In this document: positions 19,170 to 27,781 of the stretch, piece after piece
How positions within the stretch are numbered: the first letter of the stretch is position 1
Layout of the letters: each line of letters starts with the position of its first letter
From: Escherichia phage vB_EcoM_G37-3
Sequence record: MK327941.1
DNA length: 64,000 bases
Strand: one strand, 5' to 3'
Notes under the pieces: model-generated
What the model was told of the DNA's origin: nothing
Seen by the model: the letters and a program-made list of their open reading frames with translations, nothing else
The model's database searches: none
Translations under genes and position numbers: made by a program

Positions 19170-19349
19170 TTAGAAAGGGATGGTCATTTCTTGAGCTTGT
19201 ACATTCTCGTTAGGATTAAACTTCATCCAACCGATATTGTCTACCAGCATATGTACATTTTTATCATATCCTACGTGAGTAGTCAACACTAAATGTGCTT
19301 TACCTTCAACGATGATTTCCATGTACTTCTGAACTTCGATAGCTTTCAT
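19170..19349 (-). CDS. small protein (59 aa); not in ORF track
   Basis: GGAGAATCAAA-ATG; MKAIEVQKYMEIIVEGKAHLVLTTHVGYDKNVHMLVDNIGWMKFNPNENVQAQEMTIPF; own promoter cassette upstream. Confidence 0.5.
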   Translation of the reverse strand: MKAIEVQKYMEIIVEGKAHLVLTTHVGYDKNVHMLVDNIGWMKFNPNENVQAQEMTIPF

Positions 19350-19413
19350 TTTGATTCTCCGTTTGTTGTCTTGATGGGAGTATCTTACTACTCCCTTTAA
19401 TCATTGTCAACGA

Positions 19414-19581
19414 TTATTTGTTAATTTCCGGTGCGTTGCTTGGATAGTAGCCTTCTTTAACACCCAGATATTTTGCAACCATTCCGGTGATCTTCTGTGC
19501 TACTACGATATCGAATTTCAGGTAGTCTTCACCGTGGTTTGCTACAATGTATGCTTCGCATTCTGCTTTAGTCTGGAACAT
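19414..19581 (-). CDS. small protein (55 aa), copy 2 of duplicated gene; not in ORF track
   Basis: about 85 percent nt identity to 16154..16321; MFQTKAECEAYIVANHGEDYLKFDIVVAQKITGMVAKYLGVKEGYYPSNAPEINK. Confidence 0.55.
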   Translation of the reverse strand: MFQTKAECEAYIVANHGEDYLKFDIVVAQKITGMVAKYLGVKEGYYPSNAPEINK

Positions 19582-19615
19582 TTTTGATTCTCCTATATCT
19601 CGTTGGTATGTGTGT

Positions 19616-19644
19616 AGTATAGGGGATCACCGATCCCCTGTCAA
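19616..19644 (-). promoter_or_regulatory. early promoter cassette (PeSL-like)
   Basis: TTGACA-GGGGATCGGTGATCCCC-TATACT. Confidence 0.6.
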
Positions 19645-19652
19645 CAACTTTT

Positions 19653-19943
19653 TTATTCTTTATACGCATATTTCATAAATTTGTCTGCTACTTCATCGGC
19701 ATGTTCCGATTCTACGCCGGATTCGAGAACAATAGCAAGGTCGGTTTCGTCGTGACCTTCGTACCAGTGATTATGTGTGTCGTTTGAATCAATATAGAAT
19801 TTATCACCTTCGTAAGTTCGAGCAAATACATCTAAATTCTCGTCGATGTAAAAGATCCAATCTTCATAAAGAATAACCGTATTAGCAAGGTTCTTATTAC
19901 CTTCAACGAAAGGTTCGGCTACAAACAAATCAGTACGTTCCAT
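19653..19943 (-). CDS. small protein family member (96 aa)
   Basis: FYIDENL ... THNHW ... LAIVLE. Confidence 0.6.
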   Translation of the reverse strand: MERTDLFVAEPFVEGNKNLANTVILYEDWIFYIDENLDVFARTYEGDKFYIDSNDTHNHWYEGHDETDLAIVLESGVESEHADEVADKFMKYAYKE

Positions 19944-19958
19944 AGTATTTTCCTCAAA

Positions 19959-20120
19959 TTAAGAAAAAGCGTTGAAAACACCCGCCAACACAACTACGTT
20001 AGCGATAAGGCTTAAAAAGCATTTCTTGATACTTTCAGTGCAGATACCAATACTGGCAGGAATTACACCGATCACGATAGCATAAAGAATAACTGCGATT
20101 TCTTGAAATACACCGTTCAT
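19959..20120 (-). CDS. small hydrophobic membrane protein (53 aa); not in ORF track
   Basis: GAGGATAATATT-ATG; MNGVFQEIAVILYAIVIGVIPASIGICTESIKKCFLSLIANVVVLAGVFNAFS. Confidence 0.5.
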   Translation of the reverse strand: MNGVFQEIAVILYAIVIGVIPASIGICTESIKKCFLSLIANVVVLAGVFNAFS

Positions 20121-20176
20121 AATATTATCCTCAATTTGTGGGAGAGTATTACCCTCCCGATTATTGTTATACTACA

Positions 20177-20479
20177 TTACGCAAAATGGCGTGTCAATAC
20201 TTCTTTTGCTGTTCCGCTAAGATTCTCGATCTCTCCTGGCATAACATCAACCGCCAGAACTTCTACAACATCCTCTGATCCTAACCAGTGAGTATGACCT
20301 TTGTAGAACTTGATATCCCATTTATCGCTATCGCTAGCCCACCACACATCACCGTCTATAAAGTTGATGTAAAGCACACTACGACACATTGAATTAGTTA
20401 CTTTCAATACTGCGCCTTTCATCTCTTCCACGGTATGGTCTTCCATTTTGAAGACCTCGCCTACCTTAACTTTTGCCAT
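20177..20479 (-). CDS. small protein family member (100 aa)
   Basis: start MAKVKV; LYINFIDGD ... GHTHW ... VLAVDV. Confidence 0.6.
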   Translation of the reverse strand: MAKVKVGEVFKMEDHTVEEMKGAVLKVTNSMCRSVLYINFIDGDVWWASDSDKWDIKFYKGHTHWLGSEDVVEVLAVDVMPGEIENLSGTAKEVLTRHFA

Positions 20480-20480
20480 G

Positions 20481-20747
20481 TTACATGCTCCGAATATGTT
20501 TAGATGCATCTTCCAGTTCGTCGATAGTGACACTGTGAGCCAGTAAGTGTACTGGTTGTGGTTCTTCACCTTCCATAGTATTGATCAGATGACCGTTTCC
20601 TGGGTGGAATGTATCGTTGCCGTTCCAAATAGCATACACATCATCTTCTGTTACGTAGATAATAAGTCCAATCGGTGATTCTGGTAATTGAAAAATTTTA
20701 CCCACTGCATCTTTGCGATTGTTTACGATATCTTTTACTGTCTTCAT
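20481..20747 (-). CDS. small protein family member, divergent (88 aa)
   Basis: IIYVTEDD ... GNGH ... LLAHSV. Confidence 0.5.
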   Translation of the reverse strand: MKTVKDIVNNRKDAVGKIFQLPESPIGLIIYVTEDDVYAIWNGNDTFHPGNGHLINTMEGEEPQPVHLLAHSVTIDELEDASKHIRSM

Positions 20748-20766
20748 TTAGTTACCTCTCGTTAAA

Positions 20767-20946
20767 TTACATCACAATCACGCCAGCCGTTGAAAGTTGA
20801 TGTTTCAACTGAGCATTTTCTGCTACTGTCAAATCAATGATTTCTTGTGACGCTGCAATCATATAGCCATTGGTGATATTGTTTTGCATCAGTTCAATGG
20901 TTTCTTCGTTGTAGCGGATTTTAGCGATGATTTCGTTGAAGTTCAT
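20767..20946 (-). CDS. small protein (59 aa); not in ORF track
   Basis: GGAGAATCAAAC-ATG; MNFNEIIAKIRYNEETIELMQNNITNGYMIAASQEIIDLTVAENAQLKHQLSTAGVIVM. Confidence 0.5.
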   Translation of the reverse strand: MNFNEIIAKIRYNEETIELMQNNITNGYMIAASQEIIDLTVAENAQLKHQLSTAGVIVM

Positions 20947-20980
20947 GTTTGATTCTCCTAGTTCGTTTCGGTATGTGTGT

Positions 20981-21010
20981 ATTATAGGGGAGTTTAACCT
21001 CCCTTGTCAA
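20981..21010 (-). promoter_or_regulatory. early promoter cassette (PeSL-like)
   Basis: TTGACA-AGGGAGGTTAAACTCCCC-TATAAT. Confidence 0.6.
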
Positions 21011-21018
21011 CAACTTTT

Positions 21019-21330
21019 TTAAAGTTTTTCCATGATAACGGTCATAATTACATCTTCTGCGCGGGCGGTCAGATTATCAGCGTCAGCATGTGGGCGGTTG
21101 GTTGTTACAGAGATAACACCGTTGCGCACTGGTTTGATATTGATATCAAGATGATCCGCGAAACGTTCGCCAGTTACAGAATGAATTTTGGTGTTAAATT
21201 CTTTTGCCAGTGCCTTGCGAACTTCACGAATCAGGATAGCGTTTTTCAGTTGGTTCTCCGCGCTCATGGTCTTCTGGGTGTTCATGGTTCCGTCGAAGTC
21301 AATCATTGGCAGCGTTACGATGTATTTCAT
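21019..21330 (-). CDS. hypothetical protein (103 aa); paralog of 17490..17777
   Basis: ORF with conserved leader. Confidence 0.6.
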   Translation of the reverse strand: MKYIVTLPMIDFDGTMNTQKTMSAENQLKNAILIREVRKALAKEFNTKIHSVTGERFADHLDINIKPVRNGVISVTTNRPHADADNLTARAEDVIMTVIMEKL

Positions 21331-21375
21331 TTTTGATTCTCCGTTTAAGAAAGTGTGTTTCGTTTTGATGTGTGT

Positions 21376-21404
21376 AGTATAGGGGATACGTGATCCCCTG
21401 TCAA
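21376..21404 (-). promoter_or_regulatory. early promoter cassette (PeSL-like)
   Basis: TTGACA-GGGGATCACGTATCCCC-TATACT. Confidence 0.6.
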
Positions 21405-21417
21405 CAACTTTTTTGAA

Positions 21418-21762
21418 TTATTTTTTCATGAGCTTAATGGCTTCTTCCATAGCCAGCACATTTCGATAGTTAGGGTATCGTGTTAGATCGTCATACATTC
21501 GCTTAAGGGTGGAAACTTCCTCAAACTCTGGGTTTTCTAGATACAGTTGAACAAATTGTTTCTCTACCATCTCGGCTTTTAGCTTGTCTGCTTGTTCCTG
21601 TTCATATGATTTCGTTGGACCCAACACCAACAAAATGATAAAGGTGATCAACGGGCTAATGATCAATGATAGGATAACATAACCGATAACGCTACGGTTT
21701 AAACGGCTTGCGTACATGCCTACCAGGAAAACAAAAAGGATATAGATAAACAGAAAGAACAT
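21418..21762 (-). CDS. membrane protein (114 aa)
   Basis: two hydrophobic N-terminal segments. Confidence 0.6.
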   Translation of the reverse strand: MFFLFIYILFVFLVGMYASRLNRSVIGYVILSLIISPLITFIILLVLGPTKSYEQEQADKLKAEMVEKQFVQLYLENPEFEEVSTLKRMYDDLTRYPNYRNVLAMEEAIKLMKK

Positions 21763-21769
21763 ATAATGG

Positions 21770-22243
21770 TTACTCCTTATTTTCGCGCTCGTACTTTTCG
21801 AAATAAAATTCTACTGGCTGGTCATGAATTGACAGCAAGCCAAAGCGTTTAGCCGCTCGCAATCCCATATTGCGCTGAATGTACTTCTGGAAGTTCTCGC
21901 GTATACACTTACGCCAGTATTCTAAGCCCATACAGCTTTTATAAAGATTGCATTGCACACACGCCGGATTCATGTTATCAAGTATATCATGTTCCGGTTT
22001 ATGCATTCCTACAACCTTATACTTCCACGATCCATCATCATTACGGGCAATTCGTCCATTTTCATCATAGACTACCTTTGAGCGTCGCAATACTGGTTTG
22101 ATGTGGTCTGCGTGCCAGCGATCCCCTAGTTCCTCGCCACAATAGGCACAACGTCCACCATATTTCATTTTCAGGATCTGGCGTTGCTCTTTCTTTGACA
22201 ATTTTTTAGGTTTAGGGGCTTTCGCCCCTTCATTATCACACAT
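21770..22243 (-). CDS. small HNH endonuclease-like protein (157 aa)
   Basis: CAYCGEEL ... HADHIKP ... PACVQCN (HNH zinc-finger pattern); overlaps ligase stop. Confidence 0.65.
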   Translation of the reverse strand: MCDNEGAKAPKPKKLSKKEQRQILKMKYGGRCAYCGEELGDRWHADHIKPVLRRSKVVYDENGRIARNDDGSWKYKVVGMHKPEHDILDNMNPACVQCNLYKSCMGLEYWRKCIRENFQKYIQRNMGLRAAKRFGLLSIHDQPVEFYFEKYERENKE

Positions 22244-23738
22244 CGAATACCTCTTTTACTGTATTTGCAGTGGTCTTGTCGTAGCGAATACGTTTGATGA
22301 TCGGGAGAAATAAAGAGAACTCCGGTTCATCTTCTTTACGTGATTTGCTGCGGATATACCCGTTGCATGTCATCTCAATGACTTTTCCAATCAGGTTATG
22401 ACGGTCAGCCCATAACATTTCTCGGTCGAGTTCATTTCGACGATCGAACGGAATTACACGTTCAATACCATCATCACCTTTTTCGGTTGTAGTGTCGGTT
22501 AATCCCGATCCGGTGTTAGTCATCATTCGTCCGCACGCACTACGGACAGTAAAACCGCCTACCTTATTGGGGTCTTTACTATGCGGATATACATCAACAA
22601 TTTCCGCGTCGAAGTCAATCACTTCTTTAAATTTAACCTGATCTTTACTACGGCGATCTTCAAATACACCATGTAAATTTTTAAGGATAATACCTTCTAA
22701 GCCCATGTTTACATAGCGATGATATACTTCGCGAGCTTCATCTATATTGTTAACTACAGTGTTTTCGATTATCTGAACACGAGGATCGTTAAGTTCTTCA
22801 ACAATCTGTTTTAGTTCTTCGAATCGATCTTTATATTGCTTCGTTGCTTTCTCGTTTCCGTAATACACATCACGGTCGATAACATCCCAGACAGTATAAA
22901 CAATACATTGGGCTTCTTCTTTTGGAATAGTTCCTTTAAGTGATTTGTTGAGGATACCATTTCCGGTCTGACGGTCTGCAACAACGGATTCTTTTACTGC
23001 TTCCGCTACTGGCGTTAATGGCATTTCCTCTTCTTCAAATATCCATGACAGAGTACCATCATAAACGCTTTCAACGAAGTTCTGCGCTGGTGTTTGCGAA
23101 AGGGTAGGCATATATACCAATTCGCCATCTAGAACAATTCCACGGCCTCGTAGACGCTCTAAAACCGCAAACAAATCATCAAGTCCCTGATAGGTATTAC
23201 CTGAACGGGTATAGATTGCTAATGTTTCCCCGTCAATATCAGCCATACCACGAGCACCATCGCTTTTAAGTTGTGCATACGCCGGATACTTGATATTAGC
23301 AATAGCCTTATCAGAATATGACGATGCAAGGTGACACGGTTGCTGGGGGATCAGTTTCTTCCATACCTTGTTTGCAGTGGTAGCGGAACAACCACATTCC
23401 AGATCACGATTCAGGACCATCATTGCAACTTTAGCATCATCTTCTGACAAGCAAGTCAGAGTATCGGTAACTAGCTGTAATGCTGCGTTACCAGTTACTT
23501 GACGCGTGGCAAGTTTATTTTTAAAGACCTGTAATGCACCGGATAAAGACAATACAGACGAATAACGCGATGGTTTATCGTATTTCTTTACGCCAAACGT
23601 AACCTGTTTGCAATATGCCAGATAAAAGCATTCTTTCAGTGTTTCATTGCTTGCAGATTCTTTCAGGATCTTTTCTTTCAGCGATGTTTTGTCTGTTGCT
23701 GCAAGCTGGTTAATGATATTAAGAATTGACATTTTCAC
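22236..23738 (-). CDS. 30: ATP-dependent DNA ligase gp30
   Basis: 500 aa; KSDGAR active-site motif; aligns with T4 ligase. Confidence 0.9.
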   Translation of the reverse strand: MKMSILNIINQLAATDKTSLKEKILKESASNETLKECFYLAYCKQVTFGVKKYDKPSRYSSVLSLSGALQVFKNKLATRQVTGNAALQLVTDTLTCLSEDDAKVAMMVLNRDLECGCSATTANKVWKKLIPQQPCHLASSYSDKAIANIKYPAYAQLKSDGARGMADIDGETLAIYTRSGNTYQGLDDLFAVLERLRGRGIVLDGELVYMPTLSQTPAQNFVESVYDGTLSWIFEEEEMPLTPVAEAVKESVVADRQTGNGILNKSLKGTIPKEEAQCIVYTVWDVIDRDVYYGNEKATKQYKDRFEELKQIVEELNDPRVQIIENTVVNNIDEAREVYHRYVNMGLEGIILKNLHGVFEDRRSKDQVKFKEVIDFDAEIVDVYPHSKDPNKVGGFTVRSACGRMMTNTGSGLTDTTTEKGDDGIERVIPFDRRNELDREMLWADRHNLIGKVIEMTCNGYIRSKSRKEDEPEFSLFLPIIKRIRYDKTTANTVKEVFDV

Positions 23739-24198
23739 CTCGTTTTGTTAAACGTTCACGAATATCATTGAGGATACTACAAAATTCCGATTCAGTCAAT
23801 ATAGTCTTTAACGGATCAGTTCCACCTATGCTATGACGTAATTTCTTATTTCCTGTAGCGAGTAATGCTTTACAAAATTCTGGGTTATTCCGTGCCATCG
23901 TAACAAATGCCAGATGTACCAGTCTGTAATAATGCTCACTCATTCGATGAATCGGGCGACCCTGAAAATATAACATGTGATTCTCAATCTTTTCAGTTCT
24001 TCCGGTTCTTTTTGCTTTGCCACCGTGCATCAAAAAGATTTCTCTTTGTCTCTGAGGGTTCTTAAATCTTAGCCCCTGTAAAAATCCTTCTGTGCTGTTA
24101 ATATCGCAACCAAATAGACGGAATGGTCTTTTATTGAAATTACTCAATTCACCAGATGGATAAGGTCCACCCGCATAGATATCAATTTCAGAAGTCAT
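23719..24198 (-). CDS. NADAR (YbiA-like) domain protein (159 aa)
   Basis: SNF, STEGFLQGLRF (cf. SEHYFQAQKF), GGKAKRTGR, ALLATGNKKL motifs. Confidence 0.65.
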   Translation of the reverse strand: MTSEIDIYAGGPYPSGELSNFNKRPFRLFGCDINSTEGFLQGLRFKNPQRQREIFLMHGGKAKRTGRTEKIENHMLYFQGRPIHRMSEHYYRLVHLAFVTMARNNPEFCKALLATGNKKLRHSIGGTDPLKTILTESEFCSILNDIRERLTKRGENVNS

Positions 24199-24352
24199 TG
24201 AAACTAATCTCGCTAATCAGAGAGAACGGATCATAATCGTCATTAGGAATATCGATAGTAATCGAATGAGGATTTACCCATACACCAAACTGGTCTTCTT
24301 CGGTGAATACTTCGGTATGGATTTCGTGGATGTTTACATTCATAGTTTTCAT
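24188..24352 (-). CDS. small protein (54 aa); not in ORF track
   Basis: AAGGAATTTTATT-ATG; stop overlaps NADAR-like gene start. Confidence 0.4.
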   Translation of the reverse strand: MKTMNVNIHEIHTEVFTEEDQFGVWVNPHSITIDIPNDDYDPFSLISEISFNDF

Positions 24353-24397
24353 AATAAAATTCCTTAATAATCAATAACTTACAAAATCATATAGCCA

Positions 24398-24423
24398 AAA
24401 TATAGGCGGGATTATTACCCGCC
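24398..24423 (-). terminator. rho-independent terminator after gene 31
   Basis: GGCGGGTAATAATCCCGCC followed by T-rich tract on minus strand. Confidence 0.5.
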
Positions 24424-24434
24424 GTTTAAAATCA

Positions 24435-24758
24435 TTAACCGTAAACTACCACAATATTCTGTTTGTGCGTTACAGTCCATTTCAGGTCGATCTCTTCTTC
24501 CTTCTTAACGCCGTTAATAACGTCTGGATGAGGAACTTTATTAAGTTTCCCATGAGGAAGCAATACAGTCTTGCCCAGCAATTCTTTATCAACGTTATCA
24601 CCGATATCAATAATCTTACCGACTAAAGGAATCTCTCCCATAGTTCGTTTTTGCTCTATGATAATACCAAAATCGCTCTTTACTTCGGTCCCTGCGCTTT
24701 CCGCTTTAGCTTCAATGATCACATAGTCACCAAGTGCTTTAGGAGTTTTAACGGTCAT
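24435..24758 (-). CDS. 31: co-chaperonin GroES-like gp31
   Basis: 107 aa; GroES-like pattern (LGDYVII, AESAG); T4 position between ligase and cd. Confidence 0.7.
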   Translation of the reverse strand: MTVKTPKALGDYVIIEAKAESAGTEVKSDFGIIIEQKRTMGEIPLVGKIIDIGDNVDKELLGKTVLLPHGKLNKVPHPDVINGVKKEEEIDLKWTVTHKQNIVVVYG

Positions 24759-24799
24759 AATTTTCTTACCTCTTCAATTCATCTCAATAGTAAATTATT

Positions 24800-25410
24800 T
24801 TATTTCGCGACCTTTGGATTTCGCCGCAGACCGGAATGTATTTGCGCTATACAACAATAAGAAACATTAAACATATCAGCTATAATTTGCTTCTTAACTT
24901 TTCCTTTAAGCCGCATTATTTCTTCGACTTGCGCATTTGTCAGTTTTGCCCGTGAGTGGTTTTCACCGACATTGTTATTGAGTCCAGTTCTAAATGAATG
25001 TCTCATATTTTCTAGTAAGGTTACTATTTCTAGATTCCACACATAATTGCAGGTTTTACACCATTGATGTGATTAACCTCAAGTCCGGTAACGTCTCCTA
25101 GAAATGCATTTGCTACAAGTCGATGTATCTTTTCGGCTTTAACTGAGATTTTACCATTGTCTTTTTGTTTTGACAATGTTGAATAATAATATCCATATCG
25201 GTCTAAAATTGGTTTTATTATTTTACCAACACGTTTTTGTTTTACGAGCTTAATATTACCGGGAGAAACTTCTCTATAAAATTCGATACTTCGGTCAATA
25301 GATCTCAATCTACCATAATTAGAGATTTCATACCACGGATAACCTACAGCTTGTCTCCATTCTTCCGGCGCTGGTAATATGATATTATCATCTTTTGTTT
25401 CCATTGTCAA
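24800..25410 (-). pseudogene. HNH homing endonuclease (NUMOD4 + HNH) split by a -1 frameshift
   Basis: N-part YPWYEISNYGRLRS ... VNHINGVK; C-part CNYVWNLEIVTLLENMRH continues in another frame; shift at TTTT 25054-25057. Confidence 0.6.
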
Positions 25411-25733
25411 CTGCCACCGTAAATTTCGACGATCTGCGCTGGAGTCAGCCCATCCACATTAATCAGACTATCAAGCCCAAAACTACGGAAACCTTCAACT
25501 GCAATTTCATATACTGGCAAAGATGTTTCTGATTCTTTACGCGGTTTTTCAACATTCGGAACTAACCACTTTTCGTATGTTTCAAACGGCATCAGTGCCG
25601 GATCTCGCGTGGCGATCATCTCGCGGACAGTACCATCTTTCTTAGTAAACTGCAAAGAGTGAGTACCGACCGAAAACATTTTCTTTAGTGCTTCACGAAG
25701 TGCGATATTATCAACTTGTTCAGTCATTATCAA
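25407..25733 (-). CDS. hypothetical protein (108 aa)
   Basis: ORF overlapping cd stop. Confidence 0.55.
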   Translation of the reverse strand: MIMTEQVDNIALREALKKMFSVGTHSLQFTKKDGTVREMIATRDPALMPFETYEKWLVPNVEKPRKESETSLPVYEIAVEGFRSFGLDSLINVDGLTPAQIVEIYGGS

Positions 25734-26226
25734 TACCCTTCAAATCAGTCAATAATGCTTTTGGAATACGCGTGATTGTAATATCTGTATTATTCAGAAT
25801 ATCAGCCCAATCACGCCCACCATTTCGATCATATGTGTCGCAATAGTATAAATGTTTAATTCCACTGTTTGCAATTGCTTTAGCGCAATCTGGACACGGT
25901 GAAGCAGTACACCACATACTAGCGCCTTCAATCGATACACCGCTACGGGCAGCAAACAAAATAGCATTTAATTCAGCATGGATCTCGTTTTTCTGTGACC
26001 ATGCACTATGCTCTGGTCGTTTTTCTGGGATCATTTTGCCGTCATCATCCAGCCAACCGTTTTTATGTGCATGACAGCTACAATTTACTTGCCCTGCTGG
26101 AGTTCCGTTAAATCCAGTAGAAATGATTCGCCCGTCTTTTTCGATCAGTGCGCCTACCTTCCACGAAACACATTTAGAGTTCTTTGCGATCAGATAGGCG
26201 ATCTGCATGTAAGTTTGTGACAACAT
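25720..26226 (-). CDS. cd: dCMP deaminase
   Basis: 168 aa; HAELNAI and PCPDCA zinc-binding motifs. Confidence 0.9.
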   Translation of the reverse strand: MLSQTYMQIAYLIAKNSKCVSWKVGALIEKDGRIISTGFNGTPAGQVNCSCHAHKNGWLDDDGKMIPEKRPEHSAWSQKNEIHAELNAILFAARSGVSIEGASMWCTASPCPDCAKAIANSGIKHLYYCDTYDRNGGRDWADILNNTDITITRIPKALLTDLKGIDND

Positions 26227-26247
26227 AATATAATCCTCACATATTAA

Positions 26248-26451
26248 TTAACCGTATACGCGAAAGTATTCTACTGATCCGTCGCTATACTGTTTTACAT
26301 TGAATGTATTCACACCATGATTATTTCTCATGATGACATATACACTGCGACGTTCATCGCTAAACGGCATAACTGGCGCTGGTTCAATATCAACACTAAA
26401 ACCACGGTTAGCAAGTGCTTCGCCTAATTGCTTGAGTTTATCGGTAAACAT
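26248..26451 (-). CDS. hypothetical protein (67 aa)
   Basis: ORF, synteny. Confidence 0.5.
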   Translation of the reverse strand: MFTDKLKQLGEALANRGFSVDIEPAPVMPFSDERRSVYVIMRNNHGVNTFNVKQYSDGSVEYFRVYG

Positions 26452-27350
26452 TAAAATTCTCCGTAGTTAACCTGAAAACATTCTACACCAATTGAGCGGT
26501 ACATGTCAACCACTTGATCGCGGTCATCTACCGCCAAAACAACATGATAACGCGGTGCAATTTCAGAGAAGAAGATCTCTTTCTTCACTTCATGATCAGG
26601 ACGACGATCATTAGTTTCACGTTGAAAGTGATCACTAGGTTCAATACCCTGTTCACGCAGCCATTGCAGAGTATCTTCTTCGCAAACATCCTCACGCCCT
26701 GAGCATGTAATGATACGATAGCCATTATCACGATACAGTTTAAGCATTTCGATCACTTGCGGACGAGGTTTATCTTCTTTGACCTTTGTCCAGTCAAACG
26801 GATGACGACCGCCCTTATCCGCTAATGTCCCATCAATATCAAAGATCACTGCCTTTGGCAGCATGGTATTCGGTTTGTATACTTCTTGACCCATATATTC
26901 CTGCATCAGATAAAATTGGTTACGCAAATGAGAAAGTGGAATTGCTTTCTCGCCGCGATAGAAATTACGTTTCTTTAGTGTCTCAAATGATTCATTGAAC
27001 ACTTGTTCAGTATACACCGCGTTAAATTCTTTTGCAAGTTCTTTGTAGAATACACGATGTTTTTCTTTCAGGTTGGTATCGGAGATAATGATACTCAATC
27101 CGCGTGATAGAGTCTCACGAGCAATCATTCTCTGAATAGACTCTACCAGTTTTTCTTTTTCCTTAGTATACTTGTATTTCAAATGTGAGTCAACACCAAA
27201 CAACATAAGACGAAGATCATCGCGATTCACATTACGATAATTACTAAACCGTTTACACGTTTCCATAGCCCATGTAGTTTTACCGGACCCAGAACAACCA
27301 ACGGTTAAAATCACTTCACATTTCGGCATTATTTCTCCTTCGGTTTGCAC
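26451..27350 (-). CDS. pseT: polynucleotide 5-prime kinase / 3-prime phosphatase
   Basis: 299 aa; GCSGSGKTT P-loop and DIDGTLA HAD motif; aligns with T4 Pnk. Confidence 0.9.
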   Translation of the reverse strand: MQTEGEIMPKCEVILTVGCSGSGKTTWAMETCKRFSNYRNVNRDDLRLMLFGVDSHLKYKYTKEKEKLVESIQRMIARETLSRGLSIIISDTNLKEKHRVFYKELAKEFNAVYTEQVFNESFETLKKRNFYRGEKAIPLSHLRNQFYLMQEYMGQEVYKPNTMLPKAVIFDIDGTLADKGGRHPFDWTKVKEDKPRPQVIEMLKLYRDNGYRIITCSGREDVCEEDTLQWLREQGIEPSDHFQRETNDRRPDHEVKKEIFFSEIAPRYHVVLAVDDRDQVVDMYRSIGVECFQVNYGEF

Positions 27351-27781
27351 CGTTCCTCATTAAGTTCTTTTCGATAATAACACATGATCAACTTACTTTC
27401 AAGTGTATATCTCTTAATATCCGCAAGCCAGACTCTAAATTTTTGGGAGTCCTCCCACGACATAGAAACTCTAGGTTTACCGTCTATTGTATCCACTTTC
27501 AGGTCAATGTCAACTTTTTCTATTGGTGCTGGTAGTGAAGGATGTAATTTCGGTTCCTGTGAATAATGGTCCAGTGTACACGAAGAAAGCGCAAATACAA
27601 TAGGCACAGCGAAAACATGGATTATGGCGGTCTGAAAATTCTTATGTGCTTTCTTAAACATCCAGTGTATCACGAAAATTGAAAACACCATCAGGATAAT
27701 AATGCTTGCACCTATCCCCAGATAATCAACCAGATTAAAATTGCTTATCTGCTCTTGCGTAGGCAATATTTCTATGCTCAT
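27329..27781 (-). CDS. membrane protein (150 aa)
   Basis: two TM segments. Confidence 0.55.
   Translation of the reverse strand: MSIEILPTQEQISNFNLVDYLGIGASIIILMVFSIFVIHWMFKKAHKNFQTAIIHVFAVPIVFALSSCTLDHYSQEPKLHPSLPAPIEKVDIDLKVDTIDGKPRVSMSWEDSQKFRVWLADIKRYTLESKLIMCYYRKELNEERCKPKEK

Noticed and set aside
13978-21404. CRISPR array, considered because of the regularly repeated about 60-bp elements
   Set aside because: Repeats are separated by 200-400 bp protein-coding genes, contain -35/-10 promoter hexamers and an SD-ATG leader, and no cas genes are present.
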